Positions 38,061 through 45,735 of a DNA stretch of 64,000 bases are shown here, piece by piece. The position numbers and the translations under genes were made by a program. The notes under the pieces are model-generated. The model saw only the letters and a program-made list of their open reading frames with translations. It ran no database searches and was not told the origin of the DNA. Source of the DNA: Lentisphaerae bacterium GWF2_50_93 (GTDB taxonomy: Bacteria; Verrucomicrobiota; Lentisphaeria; Victivallales; GWF2-50-93). The DNA lies in contig MHBI01000011.1 in assembly GCA_001804815.1 (NCBI GenBank), positions 1,670-65,669 of the forward strand, written 5' to 3'. Each line of letters starts with the position of its first letter. Position 1 is the first letter of the stretch.

Positions 38061-38091
38061 AGGATCTTCGCCGAGACGGCGAACTCTACAT
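38061..38091 (-). promoter_or_regulatory. Conserved hairpin module (sense: ATGTAGAGTTCGCCGTCTCGGCGAAGATCC), minus-strand copy
   Basis: It is the reverse complement of the modules at 49638-49670 and 55674-55702, between the wza-like stop and the mntA start. Stem TTCGCCG/CGGCGAA, loop TCTC. Confidence 0.6.
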
Positions 38092-38121
38092 TTTTACCGA
38101 CCGACGTCTGTCCTCCGCTGC

Positions 38122-40566
38122 CTACTGTATATCAATCGTGCTGTCCATCGGGACTTCGGGATTGAACCAGAGAAGTCTCTTGCCGTTCAGGATGTTTCCG
38201 GCGTACGTTTTAATCAGGATTTCCCTAGGAGTAAAGCCGTGTGTGTATCCGCCGGCCATATTTACGTAATACATATAATCTTCGCCTTCCTTATACACAT
38301 ACCGGCCTGGCTTGACAACAGAGCCTGAAATGAAAACCCAGGGCTGTATTTCCATAACCTCAATTTCATCGCCGGGCTTCACAACTATATTCTGCGCGCT
38401 GTCATGATTCTCTATTGCTTCATTGATATACACATCTGAAAGCATCCCGTCCCTTTTTAGAACCGCCTTGCCGATCATTACATTATTTTTAAAACCTCCC
38501 GCCCTCTCGACAAGCGATGATAATTTCTCATTATCCATATAGTTATATTTGCCTGGATAGTTGACCTTTCCTGACAATTCGACATCAGCCTCGTTTAAAT
38601 TAAAGTACGGATTCTTTGGGATGATTACCAGATCCTTCTCCTTCAGCAGGAAGAGCCTGTTCTCTTTGGAATTATAGTTCAAAAGTATAGCTTCCTTTTT
38701 CTCAATATCGGCTTCTCTTTTTAATCGCCCGATATCCACTCTTTCGGGATTTGCGGATTCAGTAAATCCTCCAGAGGCTTTTATGAGGTCGGCAATATTC
38801 ATGTTTTCTGTAAACTCATATTTCCCAGGCTTTTTAACTTCACCTCTGATTTCAATATGTTTTTTAGGTATGATCTCGTCTACCGAGTAAATCCTTACGC
38901 TGTCTCCGCTTGACAGCTTTATGCTTGTCTTGTTGCCCAGGACCTCGTAAATATTAAAAGGAATGATCTCAAATTCCCCCAGGCTTTTCTTCCTGAAAAG
39001 GTCAGCTCTCTCCATGTATATCTTCTTGTCCCTGTCCGGATCGTCAAAACCTCCGGCCATGAAAAGTAGATCCTGGAGGGTCATATCCTTGTTGAGCATA
39101 TATTTTCCGGGATTGCTGACAATGCCTGATATGCTGACGAATTTATCCTGCCCCTTCATTTCAAACTGGGAATAGATGATTATCTTGTCCATAGGGTTAA
39201 GAACAAATGGCTTGTCATTAGTATCAGCAAAGTTCAACCTGACGATTTCCTTCGTCAGATCCGCATTAGTACGGAGGATGATTATATTGTCCAGATAAGC
39301 ATCTTTATAGAGTCCGCCGGCCTCTGCAACAAGGTCCTTGAGGGTCGAGCCTTTTTTGTATTCATAGGTCCCAGGCTTTTTTACCCCGCTTCCACTGACA
39401 GTCAGGATGTCTCTGATTTTTTTAATTGGCATCACTGTGAAGCATATAGAATCCCTCGGATATAATTCTACATCTTTGCCGTCAACTAAGTCAATGTCAA
39501 GGAATTGCTCGCCTTTTACAGGATCATATCTTTCTATTTTTACTTTATCCTTGATTGCCTCAACGGAATAGCCTCCGGCGATTTCAAGAAGCTTGTTCAG
39601 GTTTTCATCTTTTTTAAGCTCGTATATGCCGGGTTTGGCGACGGCCCCTTGAAGCGCAACAGTTTTTCCTCTGATCGGTACGTATATGATATCGCCGTCA
39701 TTGAGATACTTGTCCTCTGACTTTAAGTTTCCTTTCAGAAGAAAGCTGTATAGGTCGAAAGTGTTGACTTTTCCGTCTTTCATCTTTCTGATTTCAATGT
39801 TCCTCAAAGACCCTATGGGATTTACACCGCCCCCTTGTTTCAGCGCGTTCATTACTGAGGCCGATGCAGCGTCAAGGTTAATCTCGCCAGGCTTAGCAAC
39901 TTCGCCTGTTACAAACAACTTAACTCCGATGTTCTTCCCGAGCGTTATATCGACTATGGAACTGCCGGAACCGGGATTTTCTGGATTGATGAACGCGGCA
40001 TATGTCTGGCTGAGGGCTTTAAGGATCTTTGCTTTGGCGGTGATGAGTTCCATCCCATGGACGTAGACGCGCCCGACTTTCAGTATGTCAATAAATCCAT
40101 CCTGTTGTATAGGAAGCTTATAATGGAGATTGACGTCACCCCAGATGTCAATTATGATTTCATCACCGGATTTCAAGATATAGTCGCCGAGGATTGCATT
40201 TGACGCACCCTGTGCAGGTCCTCCGGTTTTCAGGAACTCATAGCCAAATTCCTTTAAGGCGCCTTCAGCAGTTATCTTGTCGGTATCAGGAGAATTTGGA
40301 CCGCCTGCAACTTTCGCAGTAGCGCTGCCTGCTGGAACTGCCGCCCCAGTTGTAGAAGCGGAGGCAGTTCCTGGAGCAGTCGCTGTGCCGACCGAAGAAG
40401 AAGCCCCGGGGTTGCTTGATACAGCGGGCGGTGCAACGACAGCTGGAGCGGTCGCAGTTGCCCCGGCAGTTGAAGTTTCCGCTGCAATTACTGCAGCCGC
40501 GATAGCTGCGGTTGTTAAAACCGCAAACACAAGAAATACGATTGTCTTCTTACTGAATATTTTCAT
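38122..40566 (-). CDS. wza: Outer-membrane polysaccharide export protein (Wza/OPX family) with multiple SLBB domains
   Basis: 814 aa. A signal peptide is followed by an Ala/Thr/Ser/Pro-rich linker and a Poly_export-like segment (SGDEIIIDIWGD...IQQDGFIDILKVGRVYVHGMEL). Repeated SLBB-like modules follow (V.I.G.V.KPG.Y). Confidence 0.8.
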   Translation of the reverse strand: MKIFSKKTIVFLVFAVLTTAAIAAAVIAAETSTAGATATAPAVVAPPAVSSNPGASSSVGTATAPGTASASTTGAAVPAGSATAKVAGGPNSPDTDKITAEGALKEFGYEFLKTGGPAQGASNAILGDYILKSGDEIIIDIWGDVNLHYKLPIQQDGFIDILKVGRVYVHGMELITAKAKILKALSQTYAAFINPENPGSGSSIVDITLGKNIGVKLFVTGEVAKPGEINLDAASASVMNALKQGGGVNPIGSLRNIEIRKMKDGKVNTFDLYSFLLKGNLKSEDKYLNDGDIIYVPIRGKTVALQGAVAKPGIYELKKDENLNKLLEIAGGYSVEAIKDKVKIERYDPVKGEQFLDIDLVDGKDVELYPRDSICFTVMPIKKIRDILTVSGSGVKKPGTYEYKKGSTLKDLVAEAGGLYKDAYLDNIIILRTNADLTKEIVRLNFADTNDKPFVLNPMDKIIIYSQFEMKGQDKFVSISGIVSNPGKYMLNKDMTLQDLLFMAGGFDDPDRDKKIYMERADLFRKKSLGEFEIIPFNIYEVLGNKTSIKLSSGDSVRIYSVDEIIPKKHIEIRGEVKKPGKYEFTENMNIADLIKASGGFTESANPERVDIGRLKREADIEKKEAILLNYNSKENRLFLLKEKDLVIIPKNPYFNLNEADVELSGKVNYPGKYNYMDNEKLSSLVERAGGFKNNVMIGKAVLKRDGMLSDVYINEAIENHDSAQNIVVKPGDEIEVMEIQPWVFISGSVVKPGRYVYKEGEDYMYYVNMAGGYTHGFTPREILIKTYAGNILNGKRLLWFNPEVPMDSTIDIQ

Positions 40567-40618
40567 GGGTTATCTCCTTGATGCAAAGTTAAGTCTGAAA
40601 AAATAAAAAAAACACTTG

Positions 40619-40988
40619 TTAACCACTAATCTACACTAAAAAGAGACACTAACAATACATATGCGTTGAATGCTGTTTTTCAAAACAAAAATATCATCCG
40701 ACGCATGGTCTGTTTATAATTAAACTTTCATCCTGGTTAGTGTAAAATCAGTGTGGATTAGTGGTGAAATCTTCAGTTTTCTTTACGGAACGCCGGCACC
40801 CCTGCCGGCATGTTTCTTTTCTTCTTATATAACTATGCCACCAGGTCTCAAGATCCCGGCCACGAAGTGCGTCGGGATTGGTGGCGTTCCATGATTCGCT
40901 GATTACCGACCCCGGATTACCGATTACGCCATCCGTCGTCCGTCCTCCGTCCCCTGCCGACTGCCCACTGCCCACTGCCCACCGATTC
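40619..40988. repeat. Direct repeat copy 1 (~365 bp): palindromic element variant B + hairpin/T-tract + GATTACCG and CCCACTG words
   Basis: Near-identical to 42423-42785 at an offset of 1804 bp. This copy has one extra CCCACTG unit. Confidence 0.9.
40792..40826 (+). terminator. Orphan terminator-like hairpin on the + strand inside the direct repeat (second copy at 42596-42630)
   Basis: GCCGGCA-CCCC-TGCCGGC is followed by ATGTTTCTTTTCTTCTT. There is no + strand CDS upstream. On the - strand no U-run follows the stem. Confidence 0.3.
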
Positions 40989-40996
40989 CCTGCCTC

Positions 40997-42304
40997 TCAC
41001 TCCAGAAGCCATTTCCAAGCCGGGACAGCTCGTATTTTAACGCCTTCACTGCTGAAATATTGTTCTTCATTGCGGGTTACAATGAAGTTTTCCTTGACAC
41101 CGAAATATTTTGCAGTTGAAACCAGAGGGTCAACCTCCCTCTTAAGGGTTTCCTTGTCTGAAATGTCAATACAGACCTGTATGGTGGACGAAGGCCTTCC
41201 GCTGTTCCCGGTAACTATGAAATCCACTTCCTGCCTATGGGACTTCGTCAGATAGTAGTTCAATCTGGAGTGCCTTCTTTTGAGATGGACGAAGACCATG
41301 TTTTCAAAAGCGCGTGAAAGACTTCCATCCCATACAGGACTGTTATGGTTGGCAAGAGCCCAGTCAATACAGTAGTTCTTCTTGCTGTTCCTGTCGATCT
41401 CCTTTTGTGAGGAGCTGTAAATCGGGATCGGAAAGAAAAGCCAGGAATCTTCGGAGTGCTGGAGTAGTTTTAATACGGTATCCCTTCCTATGTGAAAACC
41501 GCATTGCCTGAGATATCCGTATGTGCTCTTATGGGATACTCCCTTCCCCATGCATGAGAGCAGGTACCTGTATAGATGGATGCATTCCCTGGGCTGGGTG
41601 ACACCAAATCTCTGTATCACATCCCTGAGTATCATGGTGTCAAAATATTCCCTCAGCAATTTCGCCTTTGAGCTCTCCTGGGTTTCCGTAAGGGCGGGAA
41701 ACCCTCCCCAGAGAAGATAGCTTTCTAGAAGGGAGTCCAGTCTTGCCTGTCCCACCGTCGAACCGACATCGGCATGAACGCGGTTGAAATCCAGAAATTC
41801 GCGGAAAGAAAGAGGATATATCTCGGTGCCTATTGATTTTCCGCGGAGTTCCTTTGCTGCGTCGTCCCTGAGAAGTTTGGACGAGGAGCCGGTGACGAGC
41901 ACCTTCCAGTTCCTGTTTCTTGAGAGTTCGATAACTGCGTTTTCCCAGCCATCTATCCTATATATCTCATCGAATATGAAAAGGGACGGCGTTTTCATGT
42001 CGAAGCTGGGATTGAGCTTGAGATATGATTTCTGTATGTCTAGAAGATCCTTCGCATTCATGGATGAAAGGACAGGATTGTCAAAGTCCAGGAAGCATAT
42101 GTTCCGTATTGAGGCGACCTGCCGTTGCCTCAGAAATTCATCGGCGACCTGCAGGGCTCTGAAGCTTTTTCCGGCACGCCTCGACCCTATGAGCGAGGAT
42201 ATCATGTTGGGAACGATATCGACCGGATCCAGCCTTGGCACGAATTCGGGAATGCCGTTTTTCCAGAAGTCCTCGAGTTTTCGGCCTATCTCGTTTGAAA
42301 TCAC
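40997..42304 (-). CDS. AAA+ ATPase with DUF4143 (AAA_14 family)
   Basis: 435 aa. Walker A is LIGSRRAGKSF and Walker B is LFIFDEIYRIDGWE. The C-terminal region has the typical WGGFP pattern. Confidence 0.8.
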   Translation of the reverse strand: MISNEIGRKLEDFWKNGIPEFVPRLDPVDIVPNMISSLIGSRRAGKSFRALQVADEFLRQRQVASIRNICFLDFDNPVLSSMNAKDLLDIQKSYLKLNPSFDMKTPSLFIFDEIYRIDGWENAVIELSRNRNWKVLVTGSSSKLLRDDAAKELRGKSIGTEIYPLSFREFLDFNRVHADVGSTVGQARLDSLLESYLLWGGFPALTETQESSKAKLLREYFDTMILRDVIQRFGVTQPRECIHLYRYLLSCMGKGVSHKSTYGYLRQCGFHIGRDTVLKLLQHSEDSWLFFPIPIYSSSQKEIDRNSKKNYCIDWALANHNSPVWDGSLSRAFENMVFVHLKRRHSRLNYYLTKSHRQEVDFIVTGNSGRPSSTIQVCIDISDKETLKREVDPLVSTAKYFGVKENFIVTRNEEQYFSSEGVKIRAVPAWKWLLE

Positions 42305-42422
42305 TTTTACTCCACAATTATGACTTGTTACAAGGCATAATATGATATAATTGACACTTTTAGCAAGGCATAAATTAAAAAAGTAACTATACTAAACACG
42401 TGGAAAACATGAAAAAGATCTT

Positions 42423-42785
42423 TTAACCACTAACGTCCACTAAAAAGAGACACTAACAGTACATATGCGTTGAATGCTATTTTTCAAAACAAAAATATCA
42501 TCCGACGCATGGTCTGTTTATAATTAAACTTTCATCCTGGTTAGTGTAAAATTAGTGTGGATTAGTGGTGAAGTCTTCAGTTTTCTTTACGGAACGCCGG
42601 CACCCCTGCCGGCATGTTTCTTTTCTTCTTATATAACTATGCCACCAGGTCTCAAGATCCCGGCCACGAAGTGCGTCGGGATTGGTGGCGTTCCATGATT
42701 CGCTGATTACCGACCCCGGATTACCGATTACGCCATCCGTCGTCCGTCCTCCGTCCCCTGCCGGCTGCCCACTGCCCACTGATTC
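42423..42785. repeat. Direct repeat copy 2 (~365 bp)
   Basis: See copy 1. Only scattered substitutions were seen (e.g. CTAATCTAC vs CTAACGTCC, AATCAGTG vs AATTAGTG). Confidence 0.9.
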
Positions 42786-42892
42786 ATGACATGCAGGCAA
42801 GCTTCGCCCCGTCAATTATGCGGATTGCTAACTCATAAAATAGCTCTAAAATGGGGATTTTACCACCTGAATTATAAAACTCCAGAATGCAA

Positions 42893-43255
42893 ATCCATTA
42901 CATGCAAACGCTTATTCACCACTAACGTACACTAAAAAGAGACACTAACGGTACGTATTAATTAAACTATATCGTTTACTTAATCCGTACTAATAGAGGT
43001 AATTTCAAAACTCAAGGAATGGTCATGGCAAGCATGACCCTCCACGCCCGAAACGGGCGTAAGAATGGAGGGACGCGGTTTTGCCTTCGGCAAGCATCGC
43101 TTCGCTAAGCTAAGCCGCGTCCGAAGTTTTGAAATTACCTCAATAATCAAATTCACAGCAAGGCCTGGTTTATAAATTCCGAGTCATAAAAACTCCAGCA
43201 CTCCATAACTTTAGAACTTTAGAACTCCCCTTCAGTGTCCATTAGTGGTGAAGTC
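42893..43255. repeat. Palindromic element copy with an expanded/interrupted apex
   Basis: The left part is AATCCATTACATGCAAACGCTTATTCACCACTAACGTACACTAAAAAGAGACACTAACG. The right part is ...ATTCACAGCAAGG...CAGTGTCCATTAGTGGTGAAGTC. The left apex half is replaced by new sequence that includes the 146-bp insert. Confidence 0.75.
42996..43141. repeat. 146-bp insert bounded by perfect 17-bp inverted repeats, highly structured (MITE-like element or ncRNA)
   Basis: GAGGTAATTTCAAAACT ... AGTTTTGAAATTACCTC. Internal helices are GGTCATG/CATGACC, CCCTCCA/TGGAGGG enclosing ACGCCCG-AAA-CGGGCGT, and GACGCGG/CCGCGTC enclosing TTGCC-TTC-GGCAA. Confidence 0.6.
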
Positions 43256-43320
43256 TTCTCGTTCCGAACTTTCGAACTTCCGCATTCCCTCTTTCTCAGA
43301 CCACGGATCACCGTCCTCCT

Positions 43321-43398
43321 GCCCACTGCCCACTGCCCACTGCCCACCGCCCACTGCCCACTGCTCACTGCCCACCGCCCACTGCCCACTGCCCACTG
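43321..43398. repeat. Heptamer tandem repeat (GCCCACT) x11
   Basis: Eleven consecutive 7-mers, three of them variants (GCCCACC x2, GCTCACT). The complementary strand reads (CAGTGGG)n, a G-quadruplex-type motif. Confidence 0.95.
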
Positions 43399-43520
43399 TC
43401 TGCCAGCCACTTTCCGATCTTTCAGGAGTATTTCCCTTGATTTTACCTAGTGCCTGATTATCTTCAAGGTGCGAGACAATTGCAAAAACGGATCTTTCGT
43501 TGAAATATATGATCTATGCT

Positions 43521-43738
43521 GTGCCGCCACCCTGCGGGGGCTGGAAAATTTATTTAATGAATTATCATCCCCACGCTTACGCATGAGGCTACAATATGAC
43601 ACCCTCTGTGAGGGTTGAATATAAAAAAGGCATTTTTAAATAGCCTCCGCAGGAGGTGAAATCCTGTAGCCCAAAGGCGTAAGCCTTGGGAGATATGGAT
43701 TATATAAAAGACAACAAGCCCCCGCAGGGCGGCGACAC
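43521..43738. repeat. 218-bp element bounded by 22-bp inverted repeats, internally structured
   Basis: GTGCCGCCACCCTGCGGGGGCT ... AGCCCCCGCAGGGCGGCGACAC (20/22 complementary). Internal helices are GGCTACA/TGTAGCC enclosing ACCCTC-TGT-GAGGGT and CCTCC-GCA-GGAGG, then CCCAAAGGC-GTAA-GCCTTGGG. Confidence 0.6.
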
Positions 43739-43788
43739 TTAAAGAAAAATACAGATATAAAGTGATAGGAGTTGACAAATAAGTCTTT

Positions 43789-45735
43789 ATGGCAATTAAG
43801 GGAAAAATACTATACTGCGGAACGACGTTGCTTAATTTATTCAAAGATTTTGCCTCTAATGCAAAGGGGAATATCACAGCGGCTGTTATTGCAGCTATAG
43901 CAGCGTTCATACCGCTGATAGTGCATCTGAGGATTGTCCCCCTCCCACCGGACACAGCCATGTATTGGCCCACCGGCACAAATTACGATTTTTTCTCCTA
44001 CTACAAGATGGTATGGTTTTTGGTTTTAACATTGTTTGCACTTATTATTTTTATCATTGGCCTGAAATATAAAAAAATAGCTCTCACGAAGACCTGGATA
44101 TACGTGCCTGTCGGGATATATGCTTTGACAGCCATCCTCTCAACTGTATTCGCAAAACACAAGGACGCTGCCCTTTTCGGCTTCCCGGACAGATACGAAG
44201 GGCTGTTTGTCATCCTCGGATATATCCTTGTCTTCATCATAACCTTGAATGTCGCCCAGAACAGAGGAGCCTTGAAGCTGATTCTGACTGGGCTTTTCTT
44301 CTCGGCATTTTTTGCCTCCCTGATAGGACTCTTCCAATTCATCGGCACGATTCAGTTGTTTGGGAAGACATACGTGCTTGATTTATTCAAGACCAGCCTG
44401 GGGCAGTGGTTGATTGTCCCAGGGGCCTACAGGGATGCGCTGACCCTTGATTTCCGCTTCGCCGTCCATCAGGTCTACACAACCCTGTATAACACCAATT
44501 TTGTTGGAAGCTTCATGGAGATGACGCTTCTACTCTCGATTGTTCTCTTCATCTATGATCCCAACAAGAAAAGAAAGCTGATTTACTGCATATTGGCTAT
44601 GCTTATCTTCACCAACTGGCTTGGCTGTCTTTCAAGGGCAGGGTACCTCGGAGCTGCCGCCTCGATCCTGATCTTATTCATCGTCGCTGTCTTCCGGTAT
44701 AATCCGCTGAAGAAGGAATCAAAAGGCAGTTCCGTTCGCTCCTTATGCATAAATTCAATCCTCATCATCTGCTTGTTCACTGTATTGTTCCTCTTTTTGA
44801 ACTTCTTCTCGAAAAGCACTATTACCATGCAGTTCTCAAGACTTTTGGATACGGCTGACAGGATAATAACCGCTTCCGACTCAGACGCGCAGCCAACAAA
44901 GACTCAGGATATCTTTCAGACCAAGCCAAAGGACGAGATAAAGGATATCAGGATCACCCCTGACACGATCTATTACTCAACAACAGATGCAGACATGAAG
45001 ATCAGGTTAATCGGAAATGATCTGCAATTTTCCACAGGGGATGGGAATCAGCTCGTTCCAACCTTTGATAAAAAGAAGAATGGATACGTATTTAATTATC
45101 CGAAGTATTCAAAATTCATGTTTAACCTTGCAAAGAACAATGTTCTTTTCCTGTATTATAGAAAACTCATCATTCAGGTCGCTATCACAAACCAAGGATT
45201 CAAGAATTATGATGAGCGGTTTGGAATTACGGATGTAAAGGAGATCCCTTCCTGGGGGTTCGAAGGCATGGAAAGGAAGGCGACCCGCTTTTATGGATGG
45301 TCCAGGTCCATCCCCATGCTGAAAGATACTGTTGTCCTAGGCAACGGACCGGATACCTTTGCCCTCCATTTTCCCCAGCTTGACTATGTCGCCAAAATGA
45401 AATATTACGCCGATCCATATCTGATAATCGACAAGCCCCACAACATGTACCTGCAGATTGCATTAAACACAGGAGTTGTCTCCCTTATATGCGTCCTAAT
45501 TATTTTCGTCTCGTATATAGCCACGAGCATCAAGATAATATTGACAAATATGACGCGCTCCATCTACACGACCATCTCGCTGGGAGTCTTTCTCGGCACT
45601 ACCGCCTATATGATAACCGCCTTCTTCAACGATTCCCTTATATCCGTAGCGCCTGTCTTCTGGATCATGCTGGGACTCGGATATGCGGTGAATTTTGTGG
45701 TGCTTGGTGAAAGACAGCAGGGGACAGTGAACTGA
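43789..45735 (+). CDS. O-antigen ligase family (Wzy_C domain) membrane protein with a large periplasmic insert
   Basis: 648 aa with at least 10 TM segments. It carries the CLSRAGYLGAAASILILF motif region and a soluble segment of about 170 aa between TM blocks. Confidence 0.65.
   Translation: MAIKGKILYCGTTLLNLFKDFASNAKGNITAAVIAAIAAFIPLIVHLRIVPLPPDTAMYWPTGTNYDFFSYYKMVWFLVLTLFALIIFIIGLKYKKIALTKTWIYVPVGIYALTAILSTVFAKHKDAALFGFPDRYEGLFVILGYILVFIITLNVAQNRGALKLILTGLFFSAFFASLIGLFQFIGTIQLFGKTYVLDLFKTSLGQWLIVPGAYRDALTLDFRFAVHQVYTTLYNTNFVGSFMEMTLLLSIVLFIYDPNKKRKLIYCILAMLIFTNWLGCLSRAGYLGAAASILILFIVAVFRYNPLKKESKGSSVRSLCINSILIICLFTVLFLFLNFFSKSTITMQFSRLLDTADRIITASDSDAQPTKTQDIFQTKPKDEIKDIRITPDTIYYSTTDADMKIRLIGNDLQFSTGDGNQLVPTFDKKKNGYVFNYPKYSKFMFNLAKNNVLFLYYRKLIIQVAITNQGFKNYDERFGITDVKEIPSWGFEGMERKATRFYGWSRSIPMLKDTVVLGNGPDTFALHFPQLDYVAKMKYYADPYLIIDKPHNMYLQIALNTGVVSLICVLIIFVSYIATSIKIILTNMTRSIYTTISLGVFLGTTAYMITAFFNDSLISVAPVFWIMLGLGYAVNFVVLGERQQGTVN

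Noticed and set aside
40748-40975. 75-aa ORF (and its 87-aa twin at 42552-42815) ending in KKTEDFTTNPH
   Set aside because: Its conservation is explained by the 365-bp DNA duplication. The ORF starts in a word tract and ends in the palindromic arm. There is no RBS and no family resemblance.
33971-43255. Classical integron cassette array with canonical attC sites
   Set aside because: GTTAGTG/CACTAAC resemble the GTTRRRY/RYYYAAC cores, but they are the innermost of three boxes, not the outermost. The elements also separate large core biosynthesis blocks, and no intI is in the window. The cassette-like logic is kept as a hypothesis only.
43321-43398. CRISPR array (also considered for 56451-56520 and the palindromic element series)
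   Set aside because: The tandem units are contiguous with no spacers. The palindromic elements are 0.3-3.5 kb apart and separated by genes. No cas genes are present.
43219-43457. ORFs of 63-71 aa across the heptamer tract ([12 protein letters not shown].. / [11 protein letters not shown]..)
   Set aside because: They are pure translations of the (GCCCACT)n repeat in several frames, so they are not coding.
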